DNA of 63,618 bases, the filler included, from Folioceros fuciformis (lineage: Eukaryota): NCBI GenBank assembly GCA_049999805.1. It is 13 parts of 13 records of this genome, joined end to end, with 100 filler letters (N's around TTAATTAATTAA, not from the genome) between each part and the next. Parts side by side here need not be neighbours in the genome. Positions count along the whole stretch, not along the records: positions 58,010 to 62,404 come from JBNGIO010005309.1; positions 62,505 to 63,618 come from JBNGIO010005310.1; 11 more parts are not named here. The stretch is one strand, 5' to 3'. Under the pieces are notes generated by a model, which was given only the letters and a program-made list of their open reading frames with translations, did not search any database and had not been told where the DNA came from. The position numbers and the translations under genes are program-made. This document shows positions 60,741 to 63,618 of the stretch, one piece after another. Position 1 is the first letter of the stretch. Each line of letters starts with the position of its first letter.

Positions 60741-62347
60741 ATGGGTTTATTGGGGAAATGGGCTCTCGCCCTGGTTCTGGCCTTCGCCTGCGTCGTTGCA
60801 GCGGAGCGCCACGAGCTGCAGCTGGAGGAGCCCAGGGAGATCCTGAGCACCGACGGCGGCCGGGTAGAGTCCTGGTCCAACATCCGGGCGCTCAGGGACG
60901 CCGATGTAGCCGCAGCCAGGATCAGTGTCCGCCAGCGCGGGCTTGTTCTGCCCAAGTATTCTGATTCTGCTGCGATCGGATACGTGGAAGATGGCGAGGG
61001 CTATGCCGGCATTCTCACCGGGTATTCTCTAGGAGAGGCGTCCGGTGTTAGACGTGTGAGACGCGGTGACATTGTTGCCTTCCCCCGCGGCGTTGCGCAC
61101 TGGTGGTACAATTCCGGCAACAGCGAGCTGCGCATCATCGGCCTTGCTGAGACGTCGGCGGGAGAGGAGGCCGGCGAGGCTGGAGTACGGATTTGGGAGC
61201 TGGATTCGTGTGCATTATTTCTGCGGGAGGTTTCGCTTGTTTGCTGAGCGATGTGACTTGGTTTGCGCTTGCGATTTGCAGACCTTCTTCTTGATCGGAG
61301 GAGGCCGGGAGGAAGGAAGCGAGCGCGAGCGGGAGCGGGAGCACGGGTGGAGAGGGCGTGGGGAAGGCCAGCAGGAGTTCCGCGGAGTGCTGCACGGCTT
61401 CAGGCGGGATTTCTTGGCCGATGCTTGGGACGTTGAAGAGAAGGTGGTTGATGCGATCCTCGACAACCAGCGGGGAGTGGCCATCGTCCAGTCGGAGCGC
61501 GATGTGAGGATCGAGGAGACGAACGCGCTTCAGGGACGGCAGCGGGAGAGTCTGAGCCACTTGCGCGAGCACATCGCCAACGGGGACTTCGTCTACAACA
61601 TTCGCGAGGGCTCCGCTGACGTGCGCGTTCGCGATGCCGGTCTCTACAATACCGCGAACAGGTTCAAGCTTCCCATCCTGAGGAACGTGAACCTTGGTGC
61701 CTCGTATGGCCGTCTTGAAAAGGTTCGTCAGGTTTCGGGGGAAACAAATGCATGCATGATCCATGACGCGCTCGCTTTGTTCTTGAAATCGGTCCATGTG
61801 TCGGTGACCACCTGGTTGTGTGCTGTCGCAGAATGCCCTCCTCGCTCCCCAGTGGAATATCAACGGCCATGCCATCCTGCACGTCCTGAAGGGCCGCGCA
61901 AGACTGGAGATCGCTAGCAGCAATGGAGAGCGATTGGCGAGCCAGGATATCACGGAAGGAGAGGCGTACGTCGTCCCGCGCTTCTACCCGCACGGCATTC
62001 AGGCTGGAGGGGAGGGCTTCGAATGGATCGCCTTCCATACAACCGACCAGTAAGCCGCATGCTGTACACAACAGGCCTTTCCTGGAGTCGCAGAGTCGCC
62101 CTCGCTCTTACTCTCGCCATTCCATCCGTGAACTTGCAGGCCATTGGTGGAGGCTCTTGCAGGCAGGTCCTCTGTTTACCGCCGACTGCCGGAGGAGGTG
62201 GCAGCTGCGGCCTTCAATGTGGACGTTGAACAGATCAGGAAGAGCAGGGAGCGCCGGCAGAGGGCAGCGCTCATCCTGCCTGAACGTCGCCGCGAGAGCA
62301 CCAGCTTCGACTTGTCCTTCCTTCGCATGCTCAGAGGCAGGAAATGA
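60741..62347 (+). CDS. 11S globulin/legumin-type bicupin B: signal peptide, 4 exons, 436 aa, complete
   Basis: Exons 60741-61184, 61282-61722, 61832-62049 and 62140-62347 splice to 1311 nt in frame. Same motifs as gene A (LPKYSDS, AHWWYNSG, ANGDF, NALLAPQWNINGH, FEWIAFHT, LAGRSSV). Confidence 0.93.
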
Positions 62348-62504
62348 AGAATGAATTCAATGGAGGACAGCATAACTTGTACATAAACTGAGTCGGTTCG
62401 GTTANNNNNNNNNNNNNNNNNNNNNNNNNNNNNNNNNNNNNNNNNNNNTTAATTAATTAANNNNNNNNNNNNNNNNNNNNNNNNNNNNNNNNNNNNNNNN
62501 NNNN

Positions 62505-63618
62505 TTGAAGATTTTGGCATATGCTCAGCTTGCTCACTAGCTAAGAGCCAAAGGTCTCCTTTCCTGAAGGGCCCTGCAACAAGAGCCACCAAACGGCTCC
62601 AATTAGTCCATTAAGACTTGTGAGGACCCTTAAGGAGGTCCCTCCATGGCTACCTGTACTTTATGCTCATCATAGATGACCTAACAAGATTCACTATCAT
62701 ATGTTTCCTCAAACAAAAAAACCAAGCATTGACATGCTTTAAAGACTACAAGACATGGGCTGAAAAACAAACAGGTGACTCCATCCTTTGCTTACAATCT
62801 GATGGAGGCAGCGAGTATGGCTCTAGCCCATTCCAACAATTCTGCAGGGAACACGGGATCAATCGTCAAGTAACCACTCCGCACACCTCCCACCAAAATG
62901 GAGTGGTGGAGAGAATGAACCAAACAGTTCAGAATTGTGGATTGTCTAGGCTTATACACGCACAGCTTTCCAAAAGTTACTAACCAGAGGCCATGGGACT
63001 CGCTATGTATATTATCAATAGGACCCTCACTACAACACTACCTCAAGGTACTACATATGAAGCTTGGATGGGGCACAGGCCAAATCTCTCTACCCTCGGA
63101 GTTTTCGGCGCACCTGTTTACGTACACACACCCAAAGCAGTTCGAACAAAGCTGGATGATAGGGCCAGCAAATACCTATTTGTGGGATTCACTGACGCCA
63201 TTAAAGGCTATAAACTCATCCATCCATAGACACACAAACTGACCTATTCCCGAGATGTAACATTCCTTGAGGACATGCCGGACAACCTTGTAGTGGGAGA
63301 ATCCTCCAGCCACACCACTGCACAGCCTGAGGATAGTGACGAAGATGAGTCCAAACCACCCAATCTCCTAGCTCCTCACCAACAGGCTCAACCACAGCCA
63401 CCTGCCCAGCCCGTGCCACCAGCCACACCTGCACCAAAGCCCGGCCCTCTGCCTTAGCCTGCAGCAGCAACTCCATCAATCTTCTTCGGCGATTTTATGG
63501 ACAACGAGCTCGACCCCTCCTTACTTGTAGAAGCGTCCTCGACCTCTAGCATCTTCAGCTCCAATCGACATGGGGAATAGCAGGCCCGAAGCGCTCCAGG
63601 ATGAGGATAGCCAACGAC
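62505..63618 (+). mobile_element. Ty1/copia integrase, decayed
   Basis: CSACSLAKSQR, IIDDLTRF, LQSDGGSEY, HQNGVVERMN and TKLDDRASKYLFVGF..KGYKL. Confidence 0.93.

Overview
This is eukaryotic, land-plant nuclear DNA, but not one locus. It is 13 short scaffolds joined by artificial 100-bp linkers (44 N + TTAATTAATTAA + 44 N), with further 10-N and 100-N gaps inside scaffolds. Most of it is nested, decayed Ty1/copia and Ty3/gypsy LTR retrotransposons, plus one pogo/Tigger-type DNA transposon and several minisatellites. Host genes I can support are: (i) a 7-exon triple-CCCH zinc-finger gene (C3H65/EMB1789-like) missed by the ORF track; (ii) a PLS-class PPR gene with a WW-type PG box and a single internal TGA, plus a degraded tandem copy; (iii) an intronless in-frame LETM1-like::CCT5 chimera; and (iv) a head-to-head pair of secreted 11S-legumin-type bicupin genes whose shared promoter has an inverted RY/RY palindrome almost exactly at its midpoint. 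The WW-type PG box and the ~85-135 bp introns suggest a seed-free plant, such as a hornwort or fern (inference). The two most interesting signals are the legumin pair, a possible spore-storage module, and recurrent accessory ORFs in copia-type elements, both antisense between pol and the 3' LTR and sense upstream of gag. I found no tRNA, rRNA or CRISPR features.
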